From the NCBI GenBank assembly GCA_964521625.1, contig CAZFSM010000018.1, forward strand, positions 10,479 through 74,478: a stretch of DNA of 64,000 nt, written 5' to 3'. Made by a program: the position numbers and the translations under genes. This DNA comes from an uncultured Veillonellaceae bacterium. GTDB taxonomy: Bacteria; Bacillota; Negativicutes; UBA1444. Numbering within the stretch: position 1 is the stretch's first letter; the number at the start of each line of letters is the position of its first letter. The notes below the pieces were generated by a model that saw only the letters and a program-made list of their open reading frames with translations, was not told where the DNA came from and made no database searches. Shown here one piece after another: positions 36,976-49,079 of this stretch.

Positions 36976-38028
36976 ATGCAATTGATGGCAGAAAAACTGC
37001 GTGCAGCTGTCGACGCAGGAATTATTACGGCTACCCAGGCAGAACAGCTGCGATTACTGTGGCGGGAGGATGCAGCTGAAGCAATACTGCCAGCCGAAGC
37101 AAAAGGGAGCGGGTTTAGTAATTTCCTTTATTATTTGGGAACACTTATCGTGATCAGTGCGATGGGCTGGCTGATGAATACCGCGTGGGAAGCTTTCCGG
37201 GGAATCGGCCTGTTTCTGATTGCTGCCGGTTATGCAGCGGTGTTTTGTTTGGTGGCGAGATCCTGGCGCCAAAAATCGACAGTGCTCAGTGGCCTGTTTG
37301 TAGTGATGGCGGTATGCATGACGCCGCTGGCGGTGTTTGGCGTCCAATCGGAGTGGGGAATATGGTTTTTCGATGAACCGGGGCGGTATCGCAGTTTTTA
37401 TCATTACATCAAAGGCGGCTGGTTTCCGATGGAGATTGCTACACTGGCTGCAGGCGCCATTTCGCTGCGGTTTAGCAAAATCCCATTTGCTATGGCGCCA
37501 ATTGCTTTTACGCTCTGGTTTATGTCGATGGATATCGCGCCGTTGCTTACCAACGCGGTCGTGGCTACCGACCTTAGGCAGAAAGTTTCCATCCTGTTCG
37601 GCTTGTGTATGCTCGCCTCTGCACTCTGGGTAGACCGGCAGGCTAAAATTGATTATGCAAAATGGCTCTATATTTTTGGTGCGATTACGTTCTGGGCCGG
37701 CTTGACGATGTTGCGATCAGGCTCCGAACTGTCGAAGTTTTTGTACTGCATGGTCAATGTGGGACTGATGTTTGTCGGGGTGCTGCTGGAACGTAGAGTG
37801 TTTGTGGTGCTTGGCGGCGTTGGCTTTTTCGGCTATCTCGGCCATTTATCGTGGTCCGTTTTTGCCAACTCTTTCGCTTTCCCGTTTGTGTTGACCGCAT
37901 TGGGATTGCTGGTGGTTTATACCGGTTGGATTTATCACCGGAAATATGCGACGGTACAGCGATGGGTAGATATGTTGACACCAGAAGCAATTCGTCGGCT
38001 TTTGCCGCAAAACCGAAAAGCAGACTGA
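36976..38028 (+). CDS. DUF2157-like multi-pass membrane protein
   Basis: N-terminal AVDAGIITATQAEQL followed by about 11 TM segments. Confidence 0.75.
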   Translation: MQLMAEKLRAAVDAGIITATQAEQLRLLWREDAAEAILPAEAKGSGFSNFLYYLGTLIVISAMGWLMNTAWEAFRGIGLFLIAAGYAAVFCLVARSWRQKSTVLSGLFVVMAVCMTPLAVFGVQSEWGIWFFDEPGRYRSFYHYIKGGWFPMEIATLAAGAISLRFSKIPFAMAPIAFTLWFMSMDIAPLLTNAVVATDLRQKVSILFGLCMLASALWVDRQAKIDYAKWLYIFGAITFWAGLTMLRSGSELSKFLYCMVNVGLMFVGVLLERRVFVVLGGVGFFGYLGHLSWSVFANSFAFPFVLTALGLLVVYTGWIYHRKYATVQRWVDMLTPEAIRRLLPQNRKAD

Positions 38029-38320
38029 TCAGAACATACAACTATAGAATGTAAAAATACGATGATATATAGGACTGTCTCAAGCAGGTTGTTAAATTTG
38101 TTTTGAGACAATCCCTTTTTCTTTTCTGAAACTCTAAATTTCTCCATTAAAGGCGATTGGCGGAAAAGAAAGGAAATTGAAAACTCGTAGCGAACAATAC
38201 CTCTTAATGGTATGGCATGGACAAGAATGAAGTAGAGTCGGCAAAATGCTTTCAGGTGTTTTGGTGCTTCTCCTGATTGTCGCGCGAAGAGCAAAGGTCG
38301 TAACAAGGTGGTTGAACAGA

Positions 38321-41266
38321 ATGACAAAGTTTGTAGATTTGAAGACTCGTTTTTCCGGCGTTCATGACCTGATTAAATTCCGTGTAACGGAAATTTTGTT
38401 GATTTCGACCGCCTATGACGGGTTTGTGCTAGAGGAAGACGGACAGTTAACTGAACAGATTTACAATCAGTTCGCCGACCTGAGCATACCCTACATTCCG
38501 AGGATACATAGGGTATCCCGCCAGGAAGAAGCTCTTGACGCCCTGGCGACCCGGACCTTTCATCTGATTATCACTATGTCTCGGATCAGTGACATGGAAT
38601 CGTTTGCGTTTGAAAACGCGATTAACGAAGCTCATCCGGATATTCCCATTGTAATGCTTTCCTATGACCGCCTGACGCCGGAGATGATTGCCCAAATCCG
38701 CGAAAATTCGTGTATAAACCGGGTGTTTCACTGGTCCGGTGACAGCAAAATCCTGCTGGCTATCATCAAATATGTCGAAGACCAGCGCAATGTGGAAGCT
38801 GATAGCCGTCAGGGAGTGCAGGCAATCCTGCTGGTCGAAGATTCGCCGATTTACTATTCGCGTATCCTGCCGATCATTTATACGGAGATTTTGACCCAAA
38901 CGCGTTACCTGGTGCAGCATGCGATGAACATCAGTCACGGCTTGCTGCGGGTCCGCCTGCGCCCCAAAATTTTGCTGGCGGAAACCTATGAAGAAGCAAT
39001 GATGATCATCACCAAGTATCGATATAATTTGCTCGGCGTCATTTCTGACGTCCGGTTTCCCCACGACGGCCAGATCAATCCTGATGCAGGATTCGAACTG
39101 GCCCAGAGAGTACGTGACATGATTACAGATTTCCCTTTTTTACTTCAGTCGGAGGAAACCGAGAACGCGGTCAAAGCACAGGCGATGAAAGTACATTTTT
39201 TGAACAAGAATTCACCGAACCTGTTACATGAACTGCGAACCTTCATCCTGGAGAACTATGGCTTCGGCTCGTTCGTTTTCAAATACCCGGACGGGCGGAT
39301 TATTGCCGAGGCAACCGACATCACGAACCTTGAACGGATCGTCCGTGAACTGCCGGACGAAAGTTTGCACTACCATGCGGTCAACAACCATTTTTCCCGT
39401 TGGTTCCGGGCCCGGACCGAATTCGATGTGGCGGATCGACTGCGGTTTGTTGATGCGGACGATGTTTTTAATGTCGCAGACATCCGTGCCTACATTCTGG
39501 AAGTCTTAAATGCATATTTTAAACGCTACCAATCGGGTGTGATTCTGGATTTTGAGGGCCTGGCCAAAAAAGACATGGAGAATGCCTTCATCAAACTGGG
39601 GACCGGATCACTGGGCGGGAAAGCCCGCGGGATTGCTTTCATCAACTCGATGATCGCCAAAGCGATGCTTGCCGACAAGTACGAAGGTATTACAGTGAAG
39701 GTGCCGCGATCATTTGTAATTTGCAGTGATGTGTTCGAACGTTTCATTGAAGATAATAGTATCTATGCTTTTTTGGCCGATGCTCCTGACGAGGTGGCAA
39801 TCGCGCAAAAGTTCATGTCAGCAGAGTTGCCGGCAGCGATTGCGGAAAACCTGCGTGTCTTGACCCAATATGTCAAATGCCCTTTGGCAGTCAGGTCGTC
39901 AAGTATTTTGGAGGATTCGCGGGTATTGCCGTTCGCCGGTATTTATAAGACTTATGTCGTGCCGAACAGTCATGAAAATCCGGCAATTCGCTACAAACAG
40001 CTTTCCGATGCGGTAAAGTTGGTTTATGCCTCTGTTTTTTACGCCTCACCGGTGCAATATGCCAAGAACGCTGACATTCGGATCGAAGAAGAAAAAATGG
40101 CAGTGCTGATTCAGGAACTGGTCGGCGACCGTTTTGGCGATCTCTACTATCCGGTGATTTCCGGGGTGGCCCAGTCGTACAATTTTTATCCGTATTATCC
40201 GATGCAGCCGGAAGAGGGGACGGTCAGTCTGGCCCTCGGTCTGGGCAAAGCGATTGTGGACGGTGAGCGGGTGTACCGCTTTTCACCGGCACATCCCAAG
40301 ATGAACCCTTTGTTTGCCAGTCCGAAAGATTACCTGAACAAGTCGCAGAATGCGTTCTACGCCATCAATCTCAAAACGGCAGCTGATATCGAATTGCGGG
40401 CCGATGAAGACTACACTTATGAAAAACTGCCGATATCCCAGGCGGATGCAGATCAGTCGCTGGAATTGGTCGGTAGCACATATTCGGGCGAAAATGACTG
40501 TATCTATGACAACGTATTTCAACAGGGCCCCAAACTGATCACTTTTGCGCCGATTCTCAAGTACAATCGACTGCCATTGACCCATATCGTCAAAGACCTG
40601 ATGAATTTGGGCAAACAAGCTTTTGGCGCCAATGTTGAGATTGAGTTTGCAGTCAATATTCCCAAAGATAAAAACAAGCCCAATGAATTCTATTTTTTAC
40701 AGATCCGGCCGATGGTTGTCGGACGGGAAGCTATCCAGGTCAAGGCGGATGATCGGCAGGAAGCTTGGTGCTTCAGTCAACGCACGATTGGCAACGGTTA
40801 TTTTCAGATGATCCATGACATAATCTTTGTAGACCCAACCAGTTTTGATCTGTCGCACAGCGTGCAAATCGCCACCGAGATCGGCGAACTGAATGCCCTG
40901 TTGAGTCAGGAAGGGAGACGCTGCATCCTGATAGGGTTTGGTCGCATGGGAACTTCGGACCGCTGGCTAGGCATCCCTCTGACGTGGGCGCAGATGTCGC
41001 AGGCACATGTGATTGTGGAAGTTGACCGCAAAGATTTGCGACCGGAACCTTCACTCGGCAGCCATTTTTTTCACAATCTGACTGCGACCAACATGGGCTA
41101 TTTTCATATCCAATATAATAACGAATCGGAGGCAAGGCTCGACTGGGACTGGCTTTTGGCGCAGCCTGTTTTGCGTCGAACGGAGTATGTGAAACTGATT
41201 CGTCGCGAAACACCATTCCCGGTTAAAGTGGATGGCAGAAGTTTTAACGGTGTCATATACAAGTGA
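38321..41266 (+). CDS. Receiver-like domains fused to a PEP-synthase/PPDK nucleotide-binding domain
   Basis: ILLVEDSP, GVISDVRFP; LGGKARG, AVRSSSILED, FAGIYKT, MAVLIQE, EIEFA, LQIRP; C-terminal SLGSHFFHNL. Confidence 0.85.
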   Translation: MTKFVDLKTRFSGVHDLIKFRVTEILLISTAYDGFVLEEDGQLTEQIYNQFADLSIPYIPRIHRVSRQEEALDALATRTFHLIITMSRISDMESFAFENAINEAHPDIPIVMLSYDRLTPEMIAQIRENSCINRVFHWSGDSKILLAIIKYVEDQRNVEADSRQGVQAILLVEDSPIYYSRILPIIYTEILTQTRYLVQHAMNISHGLLRVRLRPKILLAETYEEAMMIITKYRYNLLGVISDVRFPHDGQINPDAGFELAQRVRDMITDFPFLLQSEETENAVKAQAMKVHFLNKNSPNLLHELRTFILENYGFGSFVFKYPDGRIIAEATDITNLERIVRELPDESLHYHAVNNHFSRWFRARTEFDVADRLRFVDADDVFNVADIRAYILEVLNAYFKRYQSGVILDFEGLAKKDMENAFIKLGTGSLGGKARGIAFINSMIAKAMLADKYEGITVKVPRSFVICSDVFERFIEDNSIYAFLADAPDEVAIAQKFMSAELPAAIAENLRVLTQYVKCPLAVRSSSILEDSRVLPFAGIYKTYVVPNSHENPAIRYKQLSDAVKLVYASVFYASPVQYAKNADIRIEEEKMAVLIQELVGDRFGDLYYPVISGVAQSYNFYPYYPMQPEEGTVSLALGLGKAIVDGERVYRFSPAHPKMNPLFASPKDYLNKSQNAFYAINLKTAADIELRADEDYTYEKLPISQADADQSLELVGSTYSGENDCIYDNVFQQGPKLITFAPILKYNRLPLTHIVKDLMNLGKQAFGANVEIEFAVNIPKDKNKPNEFYFLQIRPMVVGREAIQVKADDRQEAWCFSQRTIGNGYFQMIHDIIFVDPTSFDLSHSVQIATEIGELNALLSQEGRRCILIGFGRMGTSDRWLGIPLTWAQMSQAHVIVEVDRKDLRPEPSLGSHFFHNLTATNMGYFHIQYNNESEARLDWDWLLAQPVLRRTEYVKLIRRETPFPVKVDGRSFNGVIYK

Positions 41267-41453
41267 AAACAGGAAAAACGCCCCCCCAAGTGTAATCTTT
41301 TTTCGGTGACCAAGTATATCCAGACAAGTCCGCCGCAATAATCAAAAAGCTTGTAACAATATCAGAAAATTTTGTTATAAAATGTATACAAAATCCTAAG
41401 TGCGTTGTAAAATATGAGTAGAATGGTGCGATGAGAAGTTGCACCTGAAATGA

Positions 41454-42824
<1,371 letters not shown>

Positions 42825-42864
42825 GCTAGCGCAGTCTGTGTAAGGACAGCGTGAAGAAACAGAG

Positions 42865-42904
42865 AAAGACCCCGCTGAAAACTCGCGTTTTCAGCGGGGT
42901 CTTT
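42865..42904. terminator. Bidirectional terminator
   Basis: AAAGACCCCGCTGAAAAC-tcgc-GTTTTCAGCGGGGTCTTT. Confidence 0.88.
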
Positions 42905-42931
42905 GCGTTTGTTGCCGCAAAAGGGGGGGCG

Positions 42932-44644
42932 CTACATTCCGTGTGGCGATAATTTAAATTTCTCAACCAGTTCTTTCAACTCTAATCCTTTGGCGGCGGT
43001 TTCACCAGCTCCGGAAGCTACCGTATGCATGGTGGCGGACATTTCTTCGGCCGCCGCAGCGACTTCTTCCGCGCTGGCTGCATTGCTGTCGTTGATTCCG
43101 GCGATGCTCTCAATCAGCGACACAATTTGCTCCGAAGTTGCAACTTCCGATTTAGTGATGTCCAGAATCCGGTCGGAATCGGCAACCGTTTCGGTGACCG
43201 ACTGTACGATTTTATTAAGAGCCATGCCGGCATCTTTGACCAGAGAAACTCCCTGCTCCACTTCCCCCCGGCTTTGCTGCGTCGTGGCGACAGCGGCCGC
43301 GGTGCTGGCCGAAACTTTGCGAATCAGTCCGGCGACTTCCTCCGCGCCCTGATTGGACTGTTCAGCCAGTTTGCGCACCTCTTCAGCGACTACAGCGAAT
43401 CCACGCCCGGCTTCGCCGGCTCTGGCGGCTTCGATGGCGGCGTTCAGCGCCAGCAAGTTGGTTTGGCCGGCAATATTGGTGATGGTATCGGCAATCAACT
43501 CGATTTGCTTCGAATACGCTTCCAGTTCATTAATGCCTTTTTCAGTCAAGGCAGTTTGTGCACGGATATTGTCCATGCGTTGGATGGTTTCGTTTACCGT
43601 ACTTTCCCCCTGCTTAGCGGCGCTCAGGGCCATCGCTGCATTGGACTGGGCTGTGACGGCTCGCTCCTTGGCGATTTGAATCAGTGAAGATAGCTGAACC
43701 AAGACTTTGGATGTATTGATTACGGATTCTTTGCCATGAATCGTGTTGGCGGCTAGATGAGTCATGTTGGTCGCCACTTCTTCGGTGGTGGAGGTGACTT
43801 CCTGTGAGGAGGCTGCCATCTGTTGCGATGCTGCCGCCAGTTCATCCGACGAGCTTCTAACTATAAACATAATTCTGTTTTGCTCTTTGGCCATATTGTT
43901 AAACTCGGCAATCATCTGGCCGATTTCATCTTTTGAGTGGACCTTCCCCTGTACGGTAAGGTCTCCTTTGGCCATCAGCCGCATCAGCGCCTGCATTTCT
44001 TTCACCGGTCGGGTAATGCCGCGGGCAACAAATATGCCGGCCAGAATGCCAACAAGCAGGGAAACCAAGCTGGCAATAATCACCATTGTGATTGTTTTGT
44101 TGCCCATGTCGCCAGTTTCTTTCATCACGCGTGAAATATCATTCTTTTGCAGATCTCGCAGTTCGGTCAACTTTTTCAAAAAAGCGCCGACGTCGCGGAC
44201 CACGTCGGGTCGCCGGGCGTAATCAACGGCTTCTTTGTCTTTTCCTGCCTGTTTGATAGCGATTACCTCATCGCCAATCTCCGCGTAGCGCTTGTTCAAA
44301 GCCTGTACTTCCTGGGTCGTTTTGCGGATCTGTTCATTTGTCGTTTTGGCTTCCAGGGCAGCAATCAATTCGGCATTTTGTTTGTACAAGTTGCGGAAAT
44401 TATTAAGGGCATTTGAGTCGCCGGTCAACAAATAGCCGCGCAACTGCGCTACCTGTTCCAAGGCCTTTGCATTCATATCGGCCATGCTGAGCAGCATCGG
44501 CAGATTAGTTTCTTCGAGCGAGTGCACACTTTGATTCATGTTGCTGACCAGAAAAAAGGTAATTCCGGAAGATACCAGGCCAATCAGGCAAACAAGTAAG
44601 AACCCAGCCAACAGTTTAGCCATCAGGGAATTAAACTTTATCAT
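42932..44644 (-). CDS. Methyl-accepting chemotaxis protein
   Basis: TM-sensor-TM-HAMP; [38 protein letters not shown]. Confidence 0.96.
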   Translation of the reverse strand: MIKFNSLMAKLLAGFLLVCLIGLVSSGITFFLVSNMNQSVHSLEETNLPMLLSMADMNAKALEQVAQLRGYLLTGDSNALNNFRNLYKQNAELIAALEAKTTNEQIRKTTQEVQALNKRYAEIGDEVIAIKQAGKDKEAVDYARRPDVVRDVGAFLKKLTELRDLQKNDISRVMKETGDMGNKTITMVIIASLVSLLVGILAGIFVARGITRPVKEMQALMRLMAKGDLTVQGKVHSKDEIGQMIAEFNNMAKEQNRIMFIVRSSSDELAAASQQMAASSQEVTSTTEEVATNMTHLAANTIHGKESVINTSKVLVQLSSLIQIAKERAVTAQSNAAMALSAAKQGESTVNETIQRMDNIRAQTALTEKGINELEAYSKQIELIADTITNIAGQTNLLALNAAIEAARAGEAGRGFAVVAEEVRKLAEQSNQGAEEVAGLIRKVSASTAAAVATTQQSRGEVEQGVSLVKDAGMALNKIVQSVTETVADSDRILDITKSEVATSEQIVSLIESIAGINDSNAASAEEVAAAAEEMSATMHTVASGAGETAAKGLELKELVEKFKLSPHGM

Positions 44645-44673
44645 GGATGCGATACCTCCCTGCTTATTTTTGA

Positions 44674-44979
44674 CTATGGTTGGATCGTGAAAACATCGTA
44701 CAGGCGAGTACGTTCGAACAGGGTTTTTACGCGCCCGGATAGTCCTTTCAAGACCATTTTTCCATGCTTGCCCTTCAACTCTTCGTCAAGGTAAATGAAC
44801 AGACCTAAGCCGGTGCTGTCCATGTAGTCAATTGCCGAAAGGTCAAACAGGAAGCTTTTATTGTCTTTTTTTATCAGATCCTGGATTGCATCACGCAAGG
44901 ATGCTGCATCAACGGCATACATACTGCCACCTAGTTTTACCGTGACCTGATTTCCCGCTGTTTTTATTTCCTGTAACAC
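44674..44979 (-). CDS. STAS anti-sigma-factor antagonist
   Basis: [15 protein letters not shown] phospho-Ser motif; 101 aa. Confidence 0.92.
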   Translation of the reverse strand: MLQEIKTAGNQVTVKLGGSMYAVDAASLRDAIQDLIKKDNKSFLFDLSAIDYMDSTGLGLFIYLDEELKGKHGKMVLKGLSGRVKTLFERTRLYDVFTIQP

Positions 44980-45000
44980 CTGACCTCTCCCCTTTCCTTT

Positions 45001-47064
45001 TTATAAGCTTTTACGAAGTTTCTTCAATAACAGGACTTCGTTGCCAACCAGGCTGTAGTACACTTTATCCATGCACTCGAGCATGATCGAGATGCCGCGT
45101 CCACTATAGGCATGGAGATTGTAGCTGTCCCGGTGAGTTTTGCTCAGATAAGTCTGGCTGTCAAAGCCGCGTCCCGAATCTTTGATTCGGATCGACATAT
45201 AACCATTGTATTTCTGAATTCTGACGAAGACAGGGCGGCTATCCGATCCATGCCGCAAGGCATTGCCGGCTGCTTCGTGAAAGGCAAGCAGAATATCATC
45301 GGCATCGGCAGAAAAATGCCGTTCCACGAAATCTGTCACTTGCAGGCGGGCGGTGTGAAATTCGTCAAAGCCAACGAAATGCAGTTGCAACTCAGGCCGC
45401 AAATTCGGCTTTGCCTTTTTGTCAGGTTTTAACTGGATGCCAACCCCGGCCATGTCGTCCCAGGCAAGGGATGACATTCGCATTTTTTCCAACAGTTCAC
45501 ACGTTTCGATGAAGCTTTCACACGGGAACGTTTCAGGGTCGAGTTGTTCGGCAAAGCCGTCGGTCAAGAAATAAAAGCAGTCGCCATCGTGGGCTGGGAA
45601 GATGCGTTCCTCAAAAACCGGTGTTCGTTTCAGTCCCATCAGGGAGCCGGTCAATTGGACCCGCCCGGTGAAATAGCGTGTTTTCATAAAGAATTCATAT
45701 AATCCGCCGCAGACGACTTTCAATTCCCTGTGTCGCAGGTCCAGTTCGAAGCAAATGGCGGCAAAATAAGCCCCTTCAGAAAAATACCCCAGTGAATTAC
45801 CGTGCACCCATTTCATTTTTTCGATCAACGGTAACGCTAACTGGGCTGCTTCACGAAACATCGCCGACAAGGCGGAGGTCCGAAGGCCGGCAGTTACGCC
45901 GTGCCCGGTGACATCTGCCACATACCCGAATAGGGTGTCGCCTTTCAGGCCCCAGAAGTAATCGTACAGATCGCCGCTTACCGTGTGCAGCGGCTGGAAA
46001 AACGTCTTAATCTTAAGGCGAGGGTCATCGTAATGGAAAGGCAAATACGCTTGTTGCACTTCGGCTGCCAGAGCAATATCGCGGGTAAAGTCTTCATCGC
46101 GTTTTACTAGGGCATTTAACAAGTAGACATTTTCAGAAACCATCGCCGCCAGGTTGGCGAATTGTTGCAGCATCGATTTTTCCGAGGGCGAGATGGTGCG
46201 GTCAATATCGGCGAAGCCCAGACAAATGATGCCGATCATTTTATTCAGATAGTAGAGCGGTAAAAAAGCAATCGTTCCCACGTTATCCAACCAGGGTAGG
46301 CGGACACGGTTTCCCCAGTTGGCATAATCGTGGATGACCGTGAATTTGCCGGTTGTCCAGACGAGTCCGGCGCCGCCCTGGCCCTGCCGCAGCGAGATTC
46401 CGAGGACACTGGGATCGACATTGGGGCCGATGAATTTCATTTCCATCAAATTCAGTCGCTCATTTAATAGATAGATGCTGGCAAAGTTCGCTTCTAATAT
46501 GTTTTGGGCATGAGTCAGGATGGTATTCATCAACCGGGCATAATCCTTTTGTTTGACAATGTCCAGAGATATTTTGTACAGGCTGTTGAGGAAACTGTTT
46601 TGCCGCTCCAGACGACGGGCAATTTTTTCGTGCCGGCGTAGCTGCAGTTTTTGTTTCTTCTCGACATTCCACTTCGACAGTGCCATGGCCAAGAGATCCA
46701 ATTCGGCAGATAAGTCTGGCAACTGAGCTTCGGCGGATCCGTTGCCATTCCCGATTTCCAGGAGAAGGATTCCAAGCAAAGTACCTTCTTTTTTAATCGG
46801 CAGTTCGATCGTTTTTGCGTGGCAAAGAACAGAGGAAACGCTTTTTTGTTCCCAGTCCGGCAATGAAATGAGGCGCTTGCTTTTGCCACTGCCTGAAGCA
46901 GGTGAGAAGATGGCAGCCTTGGCAGTAGCCATCGTCATTGCAATATGGCGGAGCATCAGCTGTACTGTTGCTTCGCCATTGTTTGTTTCCGAAAAAGATC
47001 GCAAGATGTCCAGACACATAACGGGAGAACAACAGGATAATCCCGGCAAGGATGGAAAACTCAT
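45001..47064 (-). CDS. GAF - SpoIIE/PP2C phosphatase - RsbW-type kinase fusion
   Basis: SGDLYD, DVTGHG, TDG, WDDM; C-terminal EAAGNALRHG, DSGRGFD, SGRGI. Confidence 0.88.
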   Translation of the reverse strand: MSFPSLPGLSCCSPVMCLDILRSFSETNNGEATVQLMLRHIAMTMATAKAAIFSPASGSGKSKRLISLPDWEQKSVSSVLCHAKTIELPIKKEGTLLGILLLEIGNGNGSAEAQLPDLSAELDLLAMALSKWNVEKKQKLQLRRHEKIARRLERQNSFLNSLYKISLDIVKQKDYARLMNTILTHAQNILEANFASIYLLNERLNLMEMKFIGPNVDPSVLGISLRQGQGGAGLVWTTGKFTVIHDYANWGNRVRLPWLDNVGTIAFLPLYYLNKMIGIICLGFADIDRTISPSEKSMLQQFANLAAMVSENVYLLNALVKRDEDFTRDIALAAEVQQAYLPFHYDDPRLKIKTFFQPLHTVSGDLYDYFWGLKGDTLFGYVADVTGHGVTAGLRTSALSAMFREAAQLALPLIEKMKWVHGNSLGYFSEGAYFAAICFELDLRHRELKVVCGGLYEFFMKTRYFTGRVQLTGSLMGLKRTPVFEERIFPAHDGDCFYFLTDGFAEQLDPETFPCESFIETCELLEKMRMSSLAWDDMAGVGIQLKPDKKAKPNLRPELQLHFVGFDEFHTARLQVTDFVERHFSADADDILLAFHEAAGNALRHGSDSRPVFVRIQKYNGYMSIRIKDSGRGFDSQTYLSKTHRDSYNLHAYSGRGISIMLECMDKVYYSLVGNEVLLLKKLRKSL

Positions 47065-47160
47065 TTTGTCCCGCCTTCAATTAATGTCGTTGTAATTGTT
47101 CTACTTCGCCAAGGCTGACATGGTTCCTGCAAAATTCTGAAAAATTAATTTAATCCTCTA

Positions 47161-47589
47161 TTATTGTAGTGTCGGAACATGGGTCTTGAAGATGTAATTC
47201 CAGACCAGTTCGTTGATCGAATCCGGCGGAACTCGCTGGTATTCGCAGGCAAGGGTGTTGCGCATACGCGTACCATCAGCGTATATATACCATATTTCTT
47301 TCACACAGTACTGTTTGTTATTGCGATATTGCGTGAAGTACAGCGTTTCAGGTACGTCTCGGGTATTGATTACCCGAGGCGGGGAATAACTCCATTTCTC
47401 CCAGATTTCAAACTTATCCAGCGAGGTGAAGATAGCCGGGACTTCCCGTAGGGATTCCTTATCGATGTACCCGACGATGACAGCGCCATCTCTGGCCTGG
47501 CCGATTTTCGTCCAGGTCGCGGCCTCACTGCTGCTGTGTAGCAGGGAAAACAGAATGAAGGCAAAACAAATTTTTTTCAGCCAGGACAT
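47161..47589 (-). CDS. Exported hypothetical protein (surface-adhesin E-like)
   Basis: Signal peptide, YIDKESL, VPPDSINE; GGAGG SD. Confidence 0.65.
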   Translation of the reverse strand: MSWLKKICFAFILFSLLHSSSEAATWTKIGQARDGAVIVGYIDKESLREVPAIFTSLDKFEIWEKWSYSPPRVINTRDVPETLYFTQYRNNKQYCVKEIWYIYADGTRMRNTLACEYQRVPPDSINELVWNYIFKTHVPTLQ

Positions 47590-47630
47590 TTGATGTTCCT
47601 CCCCATGCAGAGCTGCGCTTTTGGTGTACT

Positions 47631-48179
47631 TTACTCAACCGGTTTGACTCTGCCCATGATGGCTAATATTTGCCAGACCGCACATTCTACAGTACCGGTA
47701 TTTTTCACGACGTAATCGGCGATACGCCAGTTGTCATATTCACCGTTGGCTTCGGCAAGATCAATCCGGGCTTTTACGTCTTCCAATTTATCGCCGTGCA
47801 TCATAAAGCGGCTGAAAATTGTTTCTTTGTCGACCAGGATGAAGATCGACTCCAGTCGGTCGCCGAGAAGCTTCTTTAATTGCTCCAGGCCACTACGGTC
47901 GATGTCCACGGTACAGGCGGGGTATTGGTTCATTTTTTGCGTGACTTCTTCTTTGGTCAGGCCAAACTGGTGACCGCCAAAGTGGACCCGCTCGAACGGG
48001 CGTGCCTTGGCAAACCCGTCATTATCAACGAAATAATAGTCGATGCCCTCTTGCTCACCAGGCTTGGCGGGTCTGGTTGTGTGACTGACCAACATAGGAA
48101 CTCCCTGGCGGCGAAGCTCCTTAACCAAAGCGGACTTGCCTGAGCCAGCCGGACCGATCAACGCATATACTTTACTAAT
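47631..48179 (-). CDS. Guanylate-kinase-like protein; probable ATT start
   Basis: P-loop GPAGSGKS, VSHTTRP..PGEQEGIDYYFV; AGGAGG 8 nt before in-frame ATT. Confidence 0.85.
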   Translation of the reverse strand: MSKVYALIGPAGSGKSALVKELRRQGVPMLVSHTTRPAKPGEQEGIDYYFVDNDGFAKARPFERVHFGGHQFGLTKEEVTQKMNQYPACTVDIDRSGLEQLKKLLGDRLESIFILVDKETIFSRFMMHGDKLEDVKARIDLAEANGEYDNWRIADYVVKNTGTVECAVWQILAIMGRVKPVE

Positions 48180-48355
48180 TGCATTCCCCTCCTTTTTGTT
48201 CTATAGCAGGAGTTTTCTGCTTTGTGTTGAATTGAAAAAACGTTGTTGTTAATGGTAATCTTCGCTTTCGATAGGGAGTTATTCCTGCCTGCATTGCAGG
48301 ATCTGTCAAATAAAGTACACTGATTATGATTCAAGATAAAATGGGTGAGGCATGA

Positions 48356-48982
48356 ATGATGATTGCACTTTCTGTACAGGCGCCGGAATGTTTGCAAATC
48401 GCCGGTGAAATTGATCAGGATGCTTGTTATGGCTGCAACCAGGAATGGTATGGAACCGAGTGGCAGCGACGCGCCGGCTGCGGACCGACTGTTGCCGCGA
48501 CGTTGTTCTATTACCTGTTTCGGCCGGATAACCTTTGCTATAGCAAACAAGAGTGGCTGGACCGGATGGAAGAAGTCTGGAACTATGTGACGCCGACAGA
48601 GCGAGGCATGCCAACCACTCAACGATTTTATCAGTCGGTGCTGGCTTATGCGGCAGCAAAACAACACCCGGTGGACTATTTCTGTTGCGATGTGCCGGAA
48701 GAGCGCGCCGACCGACCTAGGCTGCCCCAACTAGTGGGGTTTCTGGCCGAGGGATTGCGCCGTGATGCGGCGATTGCATTTCTGAATTTATGCAATGGCG
48801 CAGAGCAAAATCTGCACCGCTGGCATTGGGTGACAATTATTGCATTGGAGCATCTGCCGGATGGTTCACGTGCGTTGCTGAAAATTCTTGACGAAGGCAG
48901 GGTCAAGACGGTCGATCTTGGCTTATGGATGGAAACATCAGCACTGGGTGGCGGCTTCGTCTACTTTCAATCTCAGAAATAG
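48356..48982 (+). CDS. Hypothetical protein with papain/C39-like Cys-His motifs
   Basis: NQEWY, AGCGPTVAA, WHWVTII, ILDEG. Confidence 0.7.
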   Translation: MMIALSVQAPECLQIAGEIDQDACYGCNQEWYGTEWQRRAGCGPTVAATLFYYLFRPDNLCYSKQEWLDRMEEVWNYVTPTERGMPTTQRFYQSVLAYAAAKQHPVDYFCCDVPEERADRPRLPQLVGFLAEGLRRDAAIAFLNLCNGAEQNLHRWHWVTIIALEHLPDGSRALLKILDEGRVKTVDLGLWMETSALGGGFVYFQSQK

Positions 48983-49013
48983 CGCTGGTTTTATGACAAA
49001 TCAATGAAATACC

Positions 49014-49061
49014 AGGGGGCTTGTCGCAAACTTTTCTGATTTGCGGCAAGCCCCCTATTTT
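49014..49061. terminator. Terminator between convergent genes
   Basis: GGGGGCTTGTCGCAAA...TTTGCGGCAAGCCCCC. Confidence 0.8.
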
Positions 49062-49079
49062 GAAGTTGGATTGAATCGG

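Noticed and set aside
41357-41371. CodY box upstream of gdhA (CAATATCAGAAAATT)
   Set aside because: Three mismatches to AATTTTCWGAAAATT in AT-rich DNA; plausible but not distinguishable from chance by eye
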